DNA from: Cycas panzhihuaensis | Lineage: Eukaryota > Plantae > Cycadophyta | Direction of reading: 5' to 3' | Length of the DNA: 64,000 bases | NCBI GenBank assembly: GCA_023213395.1 | Contig: CM041465.1 | Location: 138,515,741-138,579,740, forward strand | In this document: in pieces, positions 1 through 14,400 of the stretch | Layout: every line of letters begins with the position of its first letter | How positions within the stretch are numbered: the first letter of the stretch is position 1 | Made by a program: the position numbers and the translations under genes | Notes under the pieces: generated by a model | Databases searched by the model: none | What the model was told of the DNA's origin: nothing | Seen by the model: only the letters and a program-made list of their open reading frames with translations

Positions 1-1226
1 ATCAAATGGATGTTAAGAGCACCTTTTTAAATGGTGATCTCAAAGAAGAAATGTATATGACTCAATCTCCTGGCTTTGTTGACAATCCTAACTTGGTTTG
101 CAAGTTAAAGAAATCAATCTATAGGTTGAAACAAGCTCCTCGAGCTTGGTATACAAAAGTAGATGATTATCTTAGTCAAAATGGATACACTAGATGTATT
201 AGTGATCCTAACCTTTACTTTAAATGTAAAAATAATAACATTACCATATTAATTCTTTATGTTGATGATATCATCATCGTAAGATATTCCATCATCAATA
301 TTCATCAACTAAAATCAACCTTGATGAATAAATTTGAAATGATCAATTTAGGTCTTTTACATTATTTCCTTGGATTACAAATTTATTAAACTGATTTAAA
401 AATAACAATATCCTAAGCTAAATATATCTTAGACTTAATTCAACGATTTAATATGGAAAATACTAAATTCGTATCTAATCTATTACAATGAGAAGTCAAA
501 CTATCTACTGATTGTTCATTACCTTTATGTGACCCTACATTATATAGACAACTAATTGGTAGTCTTATTTATTTAACTCATACCCACCCTTACATTTCCT
601 ATGCTGTCACTTTATGTTCACATTATATACAATAGCCACATGAATCTTATTGGAAAGCTGCTAAACTTATCTTATGATATCTAAAGCATACCATTTTTTA
701 TGGTTTAACTTATACTTTTTACAATAAACCTCTAACTTTAACTGGATAGACTGATTCAGATTGGGTAGGTGATATAAATAATCAAAAATCTATATCAGGT
801 TATGTATTTTTTATAGATTCCTCACCTATTACTTAGTCTAGTAAGAAAACACAAGTACTAGCTTTATTAACAACTGAAGCTAAATATCACACACTTGTTG
901 AAGCCAGCAAAGAAGCACTTTGACTCAAATCTCTACTAAATGAAATTGGTCTATCTCTAAACTCTTCCATTGAACTTAAAGTTGATAATCAAGGTACAAT
1001 TGCTATTGCTACAAATTCAGTTTCACATTTTAGGACTAAACATATAGAATTACATCAGTATTTTATTCATAATCTTGTTACTGATAATCTTATTTCCTTG
1101 TCTTATTGTCCAACAGATCTATAGATTGCTGACATACTTACAAAGTATTTAACTGAAGTAAAGTTTCTAAATCTCTAAGATCTGTTGTAGATAAAAGAAA
1201 TTTCTATTAAAGGGGGATCACCGTGA
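1..1226 (+). pseudogene. Copia pol remnant (reverse transcriptase + RNase H), many in-frame stops
   Basis: RT motifs in ORF 6..389; the same frame continues through TAA/TAG/TGA stops into RNase H motifs. Confidence 0.92.
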
Positions 1227-1273
1227 TGAAGACCTTCTTTTTCTATAACATAAAAGTTAACATTAAAGGGGAA

Positions 1274-1695
1274 TGTTAGGAATGTTAATGTAACCTTTTA
1301 TATTCTTCTTAAAGTTCATATTTATGTCACATGTTTAAATTAGTATTTAAGTTATTCTAATATTTAACTTTAGTGTTTATTTTAAACTTATGTGGAAGGT
1401 GATTGAAATGCGTAACTGCATTTCAACAAACCTTTCTTAGTATAAATTCTTCTCCTAGATTCAAGGAGATGGTTCCGAGAATCCAGGAGGGCTGTCTAAA
1501 AGCCTTTTCTAAGGCTGGTTTGGTGATTAGGTGGTTTCAGTATATTGTATCCTGTTTTTATTATTCTTAATAAAAACACAACTTTAGGAGGTGGTTTTTC
1601 TTCCCCAGAAGGGGTTTTCCACCTATCAATCTGGTGTATATGTGCAATGTTATTTGTAGCCTGTAATTGCTTGTCTATGTGATCCTGTGGTAACA
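1274..1695 (+). repeat. 3' LTR of Copia A (~422 bp)
   Basis: Starts TGTTA right after the polypurine tract and ends TAACA (5-bp inverted termini). TATAAA at 1441. Hairpin-like GGTGGTTTTTCTTCCCCAGAAGGGGTTTTCCACC near 1590-1623. The partner LTR is not in the window. Confidence 0.75.
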
Positions 1696-2550
1696 TTGTG
1701 CATGTGCCTATTTCTATAATTAGGATTTGTTTAGACTTAATAATTCCTTAATTAAGGCCTTTGAAATATCATTAAGGAATTCTATTATAGAAAGAGAAGA
1801 AAGATACCTCTAAAAATGATTCTTTTCCTTAGTCCTCTTCCATATTTTAATAATAAACCTTTATAATAAACCTATCTTTGTTATCATCATCCTTTTCAAC
1901 AATTAAAGAAGACTTTACTTCCATGCTTATCAACAATAATTTACTTACTAATCATGTTGTTTTAACAAAGGATATACAAATAGTATTATAATGTAAAATG
2001 GGGCCAATAGAACTAAGTTCTATTTCACTTTCATTTGGTTAATATATAGGCTAAGGAGAACACATGTTCACTACTAAGTTTTAGTAGAAACTTGCAAATG
2101 AATTTTGTTCCCTTAAATATGATGAAGAAGATGGTATATTTATTATAAAGGCATTTGTTCTTAATCATACCAAGTAATATAATATTATGAATTATTAGGA
2201 CCTTATTTCATTTGTAGTAGCATCGTTATCACAAATCCACCTCTCTTTATAGGGACTTAAATCTTAAATTCTATATAATGACTTTATTTTAAAAATTATC
2301 CTTAACTTTTATGTACATGTTTTTACCTAATTCATCCCTTATAGCATATGTTGCTCCAAATAGGATTACATTTCACCATTTAATCATATAAATCATATTT
2401 ACCCTTCCTTAATGGTATAAAATGATCATAAATCAAAGCCTGCTACATGTTTGGATATATAAAATTAAACAATCTTCTTATTCTTGCTAGTGTAATATAG
2501 TACAAGTAACTCTATAATAAATTCAACCTAAATCCCAAGTTTGTTCTTTG

Positions 2551-2629
2551 TACACACATGCACACACACATATATAGACACATAAATATATGTATGTGCA
2601 TGTGTGTATATGCACACATACGTGTGTGT
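2551..2629. repeat. Compound (CA)/(TA)/(TG) alternating purine-pyrimidine microsatellite
   Basis: Directly visible: CA-rich left part, mostly TG-rich right part. Confidence 0.85.
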
Positions 2630-3080
2630 TTAAAGAAGTGTTTTTGATATATAAAAAAAATAAAAATCTTTAAATGATATTTATATAACTTTTGTCAATA
2701 ATTAAACCATGTCACTCTATTTTTGCATTAATAATATGCTCAATATTAATGGCATAGTGTGCATTATGACGTCTTCAACCTATATCATTGATTTTTTAAA
2801 TTTTTCTCATGATAAAGATTATAAAATGTATTTTGTCCCTTATAATGGGCAATACAATCAACTTAAGGATGTCTTAACACTAAATTTAAAATAACAAATT
2901 ATACTAGGAAGATAGAAGGCCTATGAAGTATTTTTAAAAAAATGAAAACACATTATCTAATATTACTCCATAAGTTAAATGAAAAGTTTCCACATAAATA
3001 GTAAATGGAGTAATTTAATTTGTGTAACGTATTTGTCACATACACAAGAGGCATAATGTGTTAGATTACATGTGCAAATA

Positions 3081-3360
3081 TGTTGAGGTTTATGTGAGGA
3101 ACTTAGCCTAATATATATTTGTTTATATTATTGTAATTACTTCAAGGCCACCACTTGTGAGCCTCACACATGTGCATTCAACCATAAGGTAGTTACACAT
3201 GGAAACCTGTTTATTATACATTTGCAATGATTAGCAAGAATGTATTAACATATGATCCTTAAAGAAATAAAACGGATAAATATTTAAGGTTAGATTAATT
3301 CTACTTAGAGTTCTTATCATATTGTTCTTATCTTTCTCATGTGCACTCTAATTTCCAACA
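3081..3360 (+). repeat. 5' LTR of Copia B (~280 bp)
   Basis: TGTTG...CAACA inverted termini immediately followed by PBS-like TGGTATCAAG. The start is inferred from the terminal inverted motif only. Confidence 0.65.
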
Positions 3361-3372
3361 TGGTATCAAGGT
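3361..3372 (+). promoter_or_regulatory. Primer-binding site (tRNA-iMet type)
   Basis: TGGTATCAAGGT, a variant of TGGTATCAGAGC, abutting the CA end of the LTR. Confidence 0.8.
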
Positions 3373-3618
3373 TAAAAGTCACTAAAGAGGAGCTTGAGGT
3401 CTAAGCCTTGACTTGAACTTGAATATTATGGCCACAACCATTGTGACAAACCTCTAGGTTTGTGTCGAAGACATCCTAACTTCACATTTGTGAGGAGAAT
3501 ATTTGGGAGTTCAAATCTAAAGATAAGCAAGTGTAATTAACATCTAAGAAATATGTGATATGATATACAAGAAAACTGACATTCAAGGTCCAATAAATAA
3601 AACAAAGATTGCATTCAT

Positions 3619-3697
3619 TATATATTTGTGTGTGTGTATAGATAGATAAATAGATATACATATACATATGCATATGCATATATACATGCATGCATAC

Positions 3698-3732
<35 letters not shown>
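3619..3732. repeat. Compound TG/TAGA/TACA/TA microsatellite
   Basis: Directly visible. Confidence 0.9.
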
Positions 3733-3768
3733 GGAAGATTTCTTTCAATTCCAGTGATCCTTCTCAGA

Positions 3769-3877
3769 TTGTATTGGGTTCTAGTGGTCCTTCTCACTAG
3801 AAATTTTATAAATTTTTAGATCTAGATTTTCTTGAAAAATATATCTATATCATAGTGTTTCCATACCTTGAACAAAC
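3769..3877. repeat. Left arm of a ~109-bp inverted repeat
   Basis: TTGTATTGGGTTCTAG...CATAGTGTTTCCATACCTTGAACAAAC is the reverse complement of 4870-4977, with about 7-8 differences. Confidence 0.97.
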
Positions 3878-4869
<992 letters not shown>

Positions 4870-4872
<3 letters not shown>

Positions 4873-4977
4873 TGTTCAAGGTATGGAAACACTATGATAT
4901 ACATATATTTTTTAAGAAAATCTACATCTAATAATTTATAATTTTCTAGTGAGAAGAACCATTAGAACCCAATACAA
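4870..4977. repeat. Right arm of a ~109-bp inverted repeat
   Basis: GTTTGTTCAAGGTATGGAAACACTATG...CATTAGAACCCAATACAA is the reverse complement of 3769-3877. Confidence 0.97.
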
Positions 4978-5612
4978 ACTCTAGAAAAAATACACATATA
5001 GGGGCTATAGTAAGATTTTAGATTCCAAGAAGATCATTGCCTACTACAAATTTTTGACAAGACATCTATTTCAAAGAAGATGAAGATGGATTACATGTGA
5101 ATTGATAGAAATCTACCTATAAAACCATTATGGGAGATTCATCAATATATACATAAATTAAAAAATCAAACCATACTAGTTTGATATTTAAAGTAGCTAA
5201 TAAGTATACATGCAAAAATAAGGAGATCCCACATCGATCAAAATAACTACTAGAGATAAATTCAAAGAAAATTCTTTAAATTTTGAAGACTAGAAATCAA
5301 CTAGAAAATCTAGTTGAAAACATGAAATAACTAGAATAAAATTGGATAACAACTTTAAGAAAAGTTAGATAATAATTAGAAAGATGGTAAGAAAAATGAT
5401 CCATAGAGTATATTGATTAATCATGGATGAATCATTGAAATATGTTGAGATAATAGATAAAGATCTCCATGTGAGTGGTTGAAATATTGGTTAGAAGTAC
5501 ATAAATAAAATAACAAGGAAAGAAACAGAGTTGAAAAAAAAGTTACCTAACTTTTTGACTTAGAATGCTGAAGAAACTAATAATTTTTGGCATCGCTTAC
5601 TAAATAAGCCAT

Positions 5613-5925
5613 CTAACTTTGACATGTTTGAATGTTAACAACTTGACAAGTGCCTAAACTTTGATATGCTCAAATTTTAATAACTTGATGAGCATTTAAA
5701 CTTTGACTTCAATGCTAGAGGGATGCCAAATCCCACATATTAAATATATTTAACAATGCTAAAATGTTTGGCATAGTTGCTAGGGACTTTAACATAACTA
5801 CTAGTAATTAATAAAACCATGATAAGAAAACATCAAACCTCAACAAAGCAGCATAAAACATCACTAAAGGAGCATCAAACCTTAATAAAGAAGCATAGAA
5901 CCTTAACATAGGAACATTAAATGTT
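5613..5925 (+). repeat. Degenerate tandem repeats with 42-bp and 21-bp periods
   Basis: AACTTTGAY recurs at 5615, 5657 and 5699. About 5 copies of an AAAGNAGCATCAAACCTYAAY-like unit at 5824-5925. Confidence 0.75.
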
Positions 5926-6589
5926 GGTGAATCTTCATCATAGAATATTTAAGAACTCTGATGAAGAAACCTCAAATGCCAAACTTTGACAAGTTTTGAA
6001 AAAGTTCATTAAAGTTAAGATGGATATCCATAATGGCAGAAACATGATTAGTGTTAAAAAAATCCAAGTAGCAGTATACTTATAACCCAAGTCATTATAA
6101 GACCTTGTGAAAATTCTAGTAATTTAAGAAATCTTCCCTTAAATCCAATAGTTAATGAGGTCTATACCACATCTAATAAGAAACCCAACAAAGATGACAC
6201 AAAGGAATGGAAAATAAGATTTAACACTAGGGTATATTTTTTATCCTTAATGTAATTGATTATTTTCTATTAAATATTTTATATGTACAACCCTTTTTTA
6301 AAGATCATAGCCATATGGAAATGTAATATGACCTTTCTATTTTAGCAAAGAGGGTTAACACTCTAGTCTAAATGGATTAGTGACATGATGTTGCTATTTT
6401 ATTTATAAGTTAACATCTATAACTTTGTTTTAAGTTTCATCAATTGCATTGGACACTTAATGAATTGACCTATATATCGAGCTTATTTTCAAGACTTAAC
6501 TATCTAGAAAACAATAAAAATTAAGTTGTTGTGATACAATTTCTTATGTGTAATCACTTGAAAAGTTTTATAGTGGTGAATAATTGACA

Positions 6590-9500
6590 AATACCTCATT
6601 TAGTAATTGAGAAATTGACTAGTGTTGTTAATTTTCCATTATGGAGATACTAATTAATAAGCTTCTCAAAGATAAATGACATATAGCAGTATATTGACAA
6701 AGAACCAACTACACCAATTAATTCTAATGCAAAGAAGAAACTTGAAGATAGACTTAAAGTCACTTTGGGATATATTAAAGTCTCTATTGGTGAAAACATA
6801 AGAGTAAATATTGCAAATGCGAAGACACTAAAACAAGTGTGGAATGTACTCATCTCTCTTTCTAAGATTAAATATGACATATGTATTCTGTCCCTAAGGA
6901 ACTAACTCTATAATCTAAAGTTGTGTGAACTAATGATTAATTACTTATAAGAAATGAAGATGATCAAGGACCAGTTGAGCATAATGTAAAAGCCAATTGA
7001 AGACCTAGAGTTGGTGGCTATAATGATTTGGACCTTGTCAAATTTCTATGAAAACTCCATCACCAACATGAGCCTAAATGGAAAGATAAGTTTGATGACC
7101 TTCAACTCTTAAAACATAATATTTAATATGGGTTGACTTTTAGTGTTCCCCTTATCTTAACGTTCTCATAGGCATTTTATATTGAGCTATTAAGACACAT
7201 GTATGAGGTACATACCTATTCATGTTATAAGAGTTATTTTATTTGATTTGTCAAGTATGGGGTTACATGTACTATAAGTATGTATTCATGCCTAATGCAA
7301 TAATTGGAAGGTGATTATTTTCCCATATCTTTATTATATTTTGTATCTATACATGTTTAATCTTTTATTTGTTCATTTATTATTTTATCTTTAAACCCCC
7401 GTTCTTGTGATGTATTTCAAATTCATATTTTCATTATGATTTCAAAGGTAATCTTTAAATCCTATTTTTTGATATGATATCAGAGTAGCGTTGAATCCAA
7501 GACACCATGGTGAGGTAAGGATCTTATCAATTAAGATTTGAGACAGGTTTCTCTTATATATAACCATCTTACAGATAGGTACTAGGGTTTAAAGATGTAT
7601 ATAAAAAAAAATTCCAAGAAGAAGTGGCAAATTTGAGACGAATTAACTCGTCCTACAAATTTTAAGTGCTCATGTTATTGGCTTTAAGGCTATAAAGAAA
7701 AGATTGTAGTAGATTTAATTTTTCCTACTTTCTATCATCAATCTTAAAGATAGATTTAGTACCTCAAATTTAAATAACTATAACTTTAGCTATAAGTATC
7801 TAATTGACCTAAATTTCTTTTTTAGTTTGTGCATTTTTTGTCTACTTTAAATGAATGTAGTTTAAAATTAATCAAACGTTTGAGTAAAAAGTTATTAGCA
7901 TTTTATCATAGGATACTTTTGTAGTCCAAAAACCTAGGGTAAACCCTCTTTCAAAGGGTTATAGCTGTTGATATAGATTTATTTTTTGCATGATAGTAAA
8001 AGAAAAATATATGTGGTTCAAAATTACAAAAAAATTACTAAACTATGATAGTTTAAAGGCCCTTACAAATCCTTTTTATACTTACAAGTGTTCTTTCTTG
8101 TAAACCACATCTAGTATTTTCTTGTCGGTAGTTATATTGTTGATTTTTAGTAGAAGATACTTCATGAAAGCATATTTAGTTATTAGTAAAATTAGAAATC
8201 TTAAACTCTAAGTGATATTCATTTCTATTCTTGAAGAACCACATAGGATTCAAGGTGTATCCTACTCTTGTCCTTAAAGGAACCACAAATTAGTTACCTT
8301 AAATATAAATGAATTTGCTTTGGTACTTAACTTATTTTCTTAGAAGACTTAGTCTTGAAATAAAATTGACTAATATTGGTTTAACTATATATTTAAAGGA
8401 GATTCTTATTCAACTAATGGTTGTAGTAACTAGTTACCTATGCATTCCAATAGATGCTCCTTTATCATATAGACTTTAGTAGATTTTATTTGTAGCTTGC
8501 AGATACAATTAGTATAATATGGAGCTAATCTTTATTTATTTTAGTAGATTTCTATATAATATACATATGTGATATTAAATATTATGGGGGATTATTAAAA
8601 CATAATGTTTGATATGGGTTAAGGTTTAGTGCCCCCCTTATCTTATCTCTCTCATAGGTATTATATATTTAGGCATTAAGATGTATGCATGAGGTCCACA
8701 CCTATTCATGTAATCATCCCATTGGTGGACATAAGGGTTATTTTATTTAATTGGTTAAGTATAGTGTCATATGTACTATAGGTATATATTCATACCTAAT
8801 GAAATGATTAGAAGGTAGTCATTTTTTCACATCTTTGTTGTATTTTATATCTCTACATACTTCATCTTTTATTTGTTCATTTATTATTTTATCTTTACAC
8901 CCTTATACTTGTAATATATTTCATATTTATATTTTCATTATGATTTCAAAGCTAGTCTTTGAATCTTATTTTTTTTATCAACGCTCTTGAATGGTAGTTG
9001 CATGAAGGATATTAATAATAAGAGTTTAAGAGTTATTACTGCAAACAATAAAAAGAAACATCCCTTTATACCAAGAAGAAATATATCATTTGAGCATAAT
9101 ATTCAATGAGAGGGTCCTAAGAGATAAATAAAGTTTAATTATTAGCATTATAGGGAGATTAGTAATTTGAAGAAAGATTACAAAAGTTTAAAGGATCAAT
9201 AGCCACAATAATAACATTAGATGCAACATCAACAACAATATCAACAAGCATAAAGGCAACCAAACGAGAGATAAGATGTCCATAAAAATAACTTTCTTAC
9301 CATTCACTTGATTAAAGTCGAAGAGAAGAATGAATAAATCTATGTTATGGCATACCTAATTTGTGAAAACATGAAAAATATTTGGATTATGGACTCAAGT
9401 ACAACCAAACATATCACTAAAAGAAAGGGATAGCTTTATGAATTGACCAATTCAAGAGGACAAATTATCACAATAAATGAGAACATTGTGTTGAAAGATG

Positions 9501-11418
9501 AAGGAGTTAGTAAAGTTGTAATTTCTATTAGAAAAGGAAAAAGGAAAAATAATGAAGATATTTTATTTGTGCTTAGAGTCAAAGTGAACTTGATTTTAAT
9601 TTCACATATTAAAAAATTAGAAATGAAAGTCAAATTCCACCATAAAAAGTATATTGTCACTAATAAAGACAAAATTATTTTTCTAAAAGGTAATATGATT
9701 GATGACCTATATATTTTGAAAGGCAAATTTGGAATTCATAGATTCTTTTATGTAACTAATAAAAGTAATATCTAGTGTAATAGAATAGGATATTTGTACT
9801 ATCAAAGTCATAAATTAATGCATAAACTAAATATGGTACATGGACTTTCTAAAATTAAAAACAAAGAATTGTGTTTGTGAATCTTACATCATGACCAAAT
9901 AATAAAGAGAGCCATTTTTAAAAGATAAAGCTTGCAAGGTGAAGGAAAAGTTAGAGTTAGTACACTCTAACATTTGTGGACCAATGTTAGCCACATTGAC
10001 TAAAGGATTTCTAGAAACGTTTGTGCTTGTATAATCAAGGAGAAGTTGCAATCCTTTAACATCTTCATGAAATTCAAAGAATGTATGGAGAATGAGATTG
10101 TTTAGAGATTTAAGACACTATGATTAAATAACAAAAGTGGGTATACCTCAAAGTAGTTTAGCCAGTACTATAAAGATCATAAAATTAAAAGGTAGCTCAC
10201 AACTGCCTATACCCTTAAGTAGAACAAAGTAGTAGAAAGAATGAACTAGACTTTAATAGAAAAAGCTAAAGAGGTTATACAATATAAGTATTTTTAGAAT
10301 ATCTTTGAGTAAAATCATTGAATATTGTTACTTATGTGACTAATCATAATCATATAAAGGTTGTTTAGAATCAAATACTTAAGGAAGCTAGAACAAAACT
10401 CAAGTGGACTACAAACCATTTGAAAACTTTTGGAAGTATTGCATATATACATATACCCAAGGAGAAAAGAAAATTTTGATGATAAGAGCTTAAAATATAT
10501 TCTCATTTGATACAATGAAGAAAATAAGGCCTATTACTTGTACGAGATAAAGATGAAGAAATTTTATATAACTTATGATGTCATCTTTATTGAAGGTGAT
10601 ACAGAACTTGACTTAGCTTCTTTAGACATCAAGCAGCAACCATAAGTCAATATCAATCAACTTGAATGATGTTTGTTGAAGTAAGTGGTTATATTTGAGC
10701 CTAGTCCAAGCATTGAAGCAACATCATCTAACGTTAAGTACAAGAAATTCTAATTTAAAGAAACACATCCTAGATTATCATCATTAATAAATTCTTTAGA
10801 GGATGATTAAGAACTTGATGAACAATCACTAAAGGATCCCTCATCGCCCTCAAAGAAAAAGTTACCTAATTAGTATCTAAAGATGACAGGTGACTCAAAG
10901 TTACCTAAAATCAAAGGTAAGCAAAAGTCAAAGTATAGACCAAACAACCAATTCCATATTGCTCTTATGGCATAAGTCTTAAATATTGAAGAACCTTCCA
11001 CTTTTAAGGAGGCAATTAAGGAGAAAAAGTAGAGAGTTTCAATGGATGTTAAATTTCAAATAATGAAGAAAAATAAAGCTGGAAACCTAATCAAATTACA
11101 TGCTAATAAACATGTAATTGACTAAAAGTGGATATATAAGACAATGTTTAAGGCAAATAACATTGTTAATAAATATAACACTAGACTTGTTGCAAATGGT
11201 TTTAAGAAAAAGTAAAGCATTGATTATAAGGTGACCTTTGTACAAGTGGAAAAGATGAACACATAAAGATCATTATAGTAATTATTGCTTAGTTTAATTA
11301 ACATATTCACCATATGGATGTAAAGAGTGCCTTCTTAAATAGAGACCTTATTGAAGAAATTAACGTGGAGAAAAGATTTAGGTACATTGAAAAAGATGAA
11401 GAATATCTTATCTACTGA
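6590..11418 (+). pseudogene. Copia B gag-pol remnant (gag, knuckle, protease, integrase, N-terminal RT), split by the TRIM-like insertion and 3'-truncated
   Basis: IEKLT..NFPLW and ANAKTLKQVW (gag), WIMDSSTTKHIT (protease, ~9385), LELVHSNICGPM (integrase, ~9952), EEPSTFKEA and HMDVKSAFLN (RT). The PR-INT-RT order is Copia. Confidence 0.9.
7107..8977 (+). mobile_element. Non-autonomous TRIM-like LTR element (1871 bp)
   Basis: Direct repeats 7107-7474 and 8593-8977; PBS TGATATCAGAGT at 7475; PPT ATGGGGGAT at 8584; TSD TCAAC (7102-7106 and 8978-8982). Removing it restores the host gag frame SLMTFN/ALE. No coding capacity seen in the ~1.1-kb interior. Confidence 0.9.
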
Positions 11419-11424
11419 TCAACC

Positions 11425-14400
11425 TTAGATAGATCACTTGAATCAACAAAATTTAAGCCAAACCTTATATTCATCTAAATATTTAGGGCATCCTTAGTAA
11501 ATACCAATAGTCTTTGCACCCCTCTTGGCCAACCCCCTATTAGATTGTGGTTTTTATCATACCATTAAACTCCAGTCTTCCTACAACCATATTAACCTTA
11601 GTTCCTATATAAGCTTTTATTTCTAATAAAATAAGATTGAGAAGATTACCAAAGAGTTAATGGACATGGGGATTATATAACTAAGTAAAAGCTTCTATGT
11701 TGCTCTAATCATAGTTATTTATAAAAAGCATGGGTCTTTTTACCTTTGTGTAGACTATAGGGAACTCAATAACTAGACTTTCAATCAAGATATCACTAAA
11801 TTCCTATTGCATATAAAGACCACCATAAGATAACTTTTTGTACTCCTCATGGCTATTTCAAGTTACAAGTAATACCTTTTGATGTTTGCAATACCCTCTC
11901 TGCGTTCTAAGCCTTAATGAATAAATTTTTTACTCCCCGCTTTTAGAAATTTATTATAATTTTTTTTTATGATATACTTATTTATAGCTCTTGTTTACCC
12001 ACCATCTTTGTCATTTAGAAGTTGTTCTCCAAATTGTACATCAACATCAATTATATACTAAACTTTCAAAATGTAAATTTGATAAATTTAAATTATAATT
12101 ACTTAGGTCATATCATTTCATTAACAAGTGTATAAATAGGCCCTGAGAAAATTTCAATTATCTCCCCTTAGCCTACCCATACAAACCTCACCCAACTACA
12201 TGCCTTTCTTAACCTCACAGGATTTTACCATTGCTTTATTTGGAACCATGCTTCATTAGCTAGTCCTCTAACTAACCCCTTACTTAAAGACTCATTCTAG
12301 TGGTTACCAAATATAGAAGCTACTTTAACCACCTAAAAGCAATTATGACCTTAGCTATAGTCCTTGCTACTCTGAATTCTTCTCAACTGTTTCAACATGT
12401 GATGCTTTAGGATTTATCCCAAGAGTAGTCCTTATATAAAATTTTCATCCTATTACCTTTGAAATCTATAAACTTAAAGATCATGAATGTCATCTATCAA
12501 CTTATTAAAAGGGAATGAAAGTAATTTTACATGTAATAAATAAGTGGTGAAAATACCTCTTGGGCTTTAAGTTCATAATCTTCACTTATCATCATAGTCT
12601 CTGCCATCTTTTAGATCAACCTATACTATCAAAATAATAAGCTAAGTGGATTGATCACATGTAAGTGTTTGACTTTTCTATATCTTATAAGAAAGGTAAA
12701 GATGAATTGTTGTTGATACTCCATCATGCCTTCCTTCTTATTCAAACACTCCTGATCTTGCCATTCATGCCATCTCTAAACCCCATCCCATATGGTTAGA
12801 GGAGTTGGTAATAAAAAACCTATCCTAATAAAATTATCCACATTGGATTACAAAATCCCATAACCAAATGGGCTAGTTAACCTATAATAACCATGTACTA
12901 TTTAAAAACTATATGTTTGTCCACCACACCTCCAACCCCATTCCTTGCATCTTATCTAAATACCATTCCACCCCTCTTGGTATCAATTCTAGATTCGATA
13001 AGACATATTGTTATATTTGTAAAAATTTCTTTTGGTTGCTTATGAAGTCTACCATCCATTCCTTTACATCTAAGTGTGTCACTCATCAAAGCAACAAGGT
13101 GGACACTAAAGCTCTACCAGGTCTCCTCCAATCTTTATACATTCCCTAGGGCAAATGGCAAGACATAGCCATGGATTTTATCATAGGTCCACTACCTCTA
13201 CTAGATATGACTCAATCTTGCTTGTCATCAACAAGCTAACTAAGTATACATATTTCATTCTACTACTGACTTTATATAAGGCATCTCATCTTACAAATCT
13301 CTACATTGAATATATCTTGCACCTACATGGGTTTCCCTATACTATTATTCATGGTTGAGACCCTAAATTCATTAACTATTTTTGGTAGGAACTCTTTCAA
13401 GCATTAGGAACCTCATTTAATATGAGCATGGCCTACTATCCATAAATCAATGGCCAATTGGAAATTCTAACTAAAACATTAGAAACTTACTTATATTGTT
13501 TTATTTCTAACCATGAAGCTAAGTGGACCTCTTGGCTACCTATTATTGAATAATAGTATAACTTATCTCATTATTTGGTTATAGGTATATCATCATTCGT
13601 GGCTCTCTTTAGGTACCCCCCACCATCCCACAATACTCTAACTAGTAGCCTTTAAACTACTTCCATCCAACAAAAACTTCAAGAGATGGACTAAATCCTA
13701 CAAACTCTTAAACAAAACCTAGGAAATGCACATAATCATATGAAGTAGTTCATCGATGACCATTATTCTAATTGCTCTTTCTCTATCGACCACCTAGTAT
13801 TCCTTTATTTTCATATTATAAATAATAATCTCTAAAATGCCATAAAATCCATAATTTAAGCTCATGCTACTATGGATATATAAAGTTTTATAAAATATTA
13901 ATCAAGTTTCCTATGCACTTAAACTCCTACCAGACATAAAAATTCATAATGTATTCCATATCTCTTGCCTAAAGAAATACCATGATAAAAATATTGCTTC
14001 CCAAATCACCTTTCTTATCATCTATGATGAGTAGCTACTCATAGTTCACCCTGACCACATCATTGTTAGTCAATATCATTGCCTTCAAAAAGTAGACCAT
14101 CTCTAAGCATTTGGTGTACTGCATCAGTTGTAATCCAGAGGAAGCAACATAGGGGTTAGATGGTTTTATCAAGCAATAACCCACTCTCCTAAGCTCCAAG
14201 GACTAAGTATATCACACAATGGGACCTACAACATAACCATTTATTATTAGCAAAACTAGGTTATTAATTCATGTGACCAATGTGCATGATGGTTAAAGCT
14301 TCCCATGAACTTATGTGCATGGGGTTGCTTATATCCTCTGATAGGAATGAAGATCATTTTTTGCCTTAATAGAATTTTATTAGGAAGGTCTATACTTGCC

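Larger units (their letters stand above)
1..1695 (+). mobile_element. Ty1/Copia LTR retrotransposon A, 3' part (RT-RNase H, PPT, 3' LTR); 5' part lies outside the window
   Basis: ORF 6..389 has Copia RT motifs [27 protein letters not shown] and LYVDD. Downstream decayed RNase H motifs (D-S-D-W, KVDNQG, RTKHIE, IADILTK) are followed by PPT AAAGGGGAA and an LTR with TGTTA...TAACA ends. Confidence 0.93.

Noticed and set aside
1696-3080. Possible host gene or exons (including ORF 2709..2894)
   Set aside because: No recognisable protein motifs or splice structure; left unassigned.
5613-5925. Regular short repeats as a CRISPR array
   Set aside because: Degenerate contiguous tandem units without unique spacers, no cas genes, eukaryotic retroelement context.
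7107-8977. Retrozyme (hammerhead-containing non-autonomous element)
   Set aside because: No CTGANGA...GAAA hammerhead core recognised in the LTRs; the structure fits a TRIM-like element.
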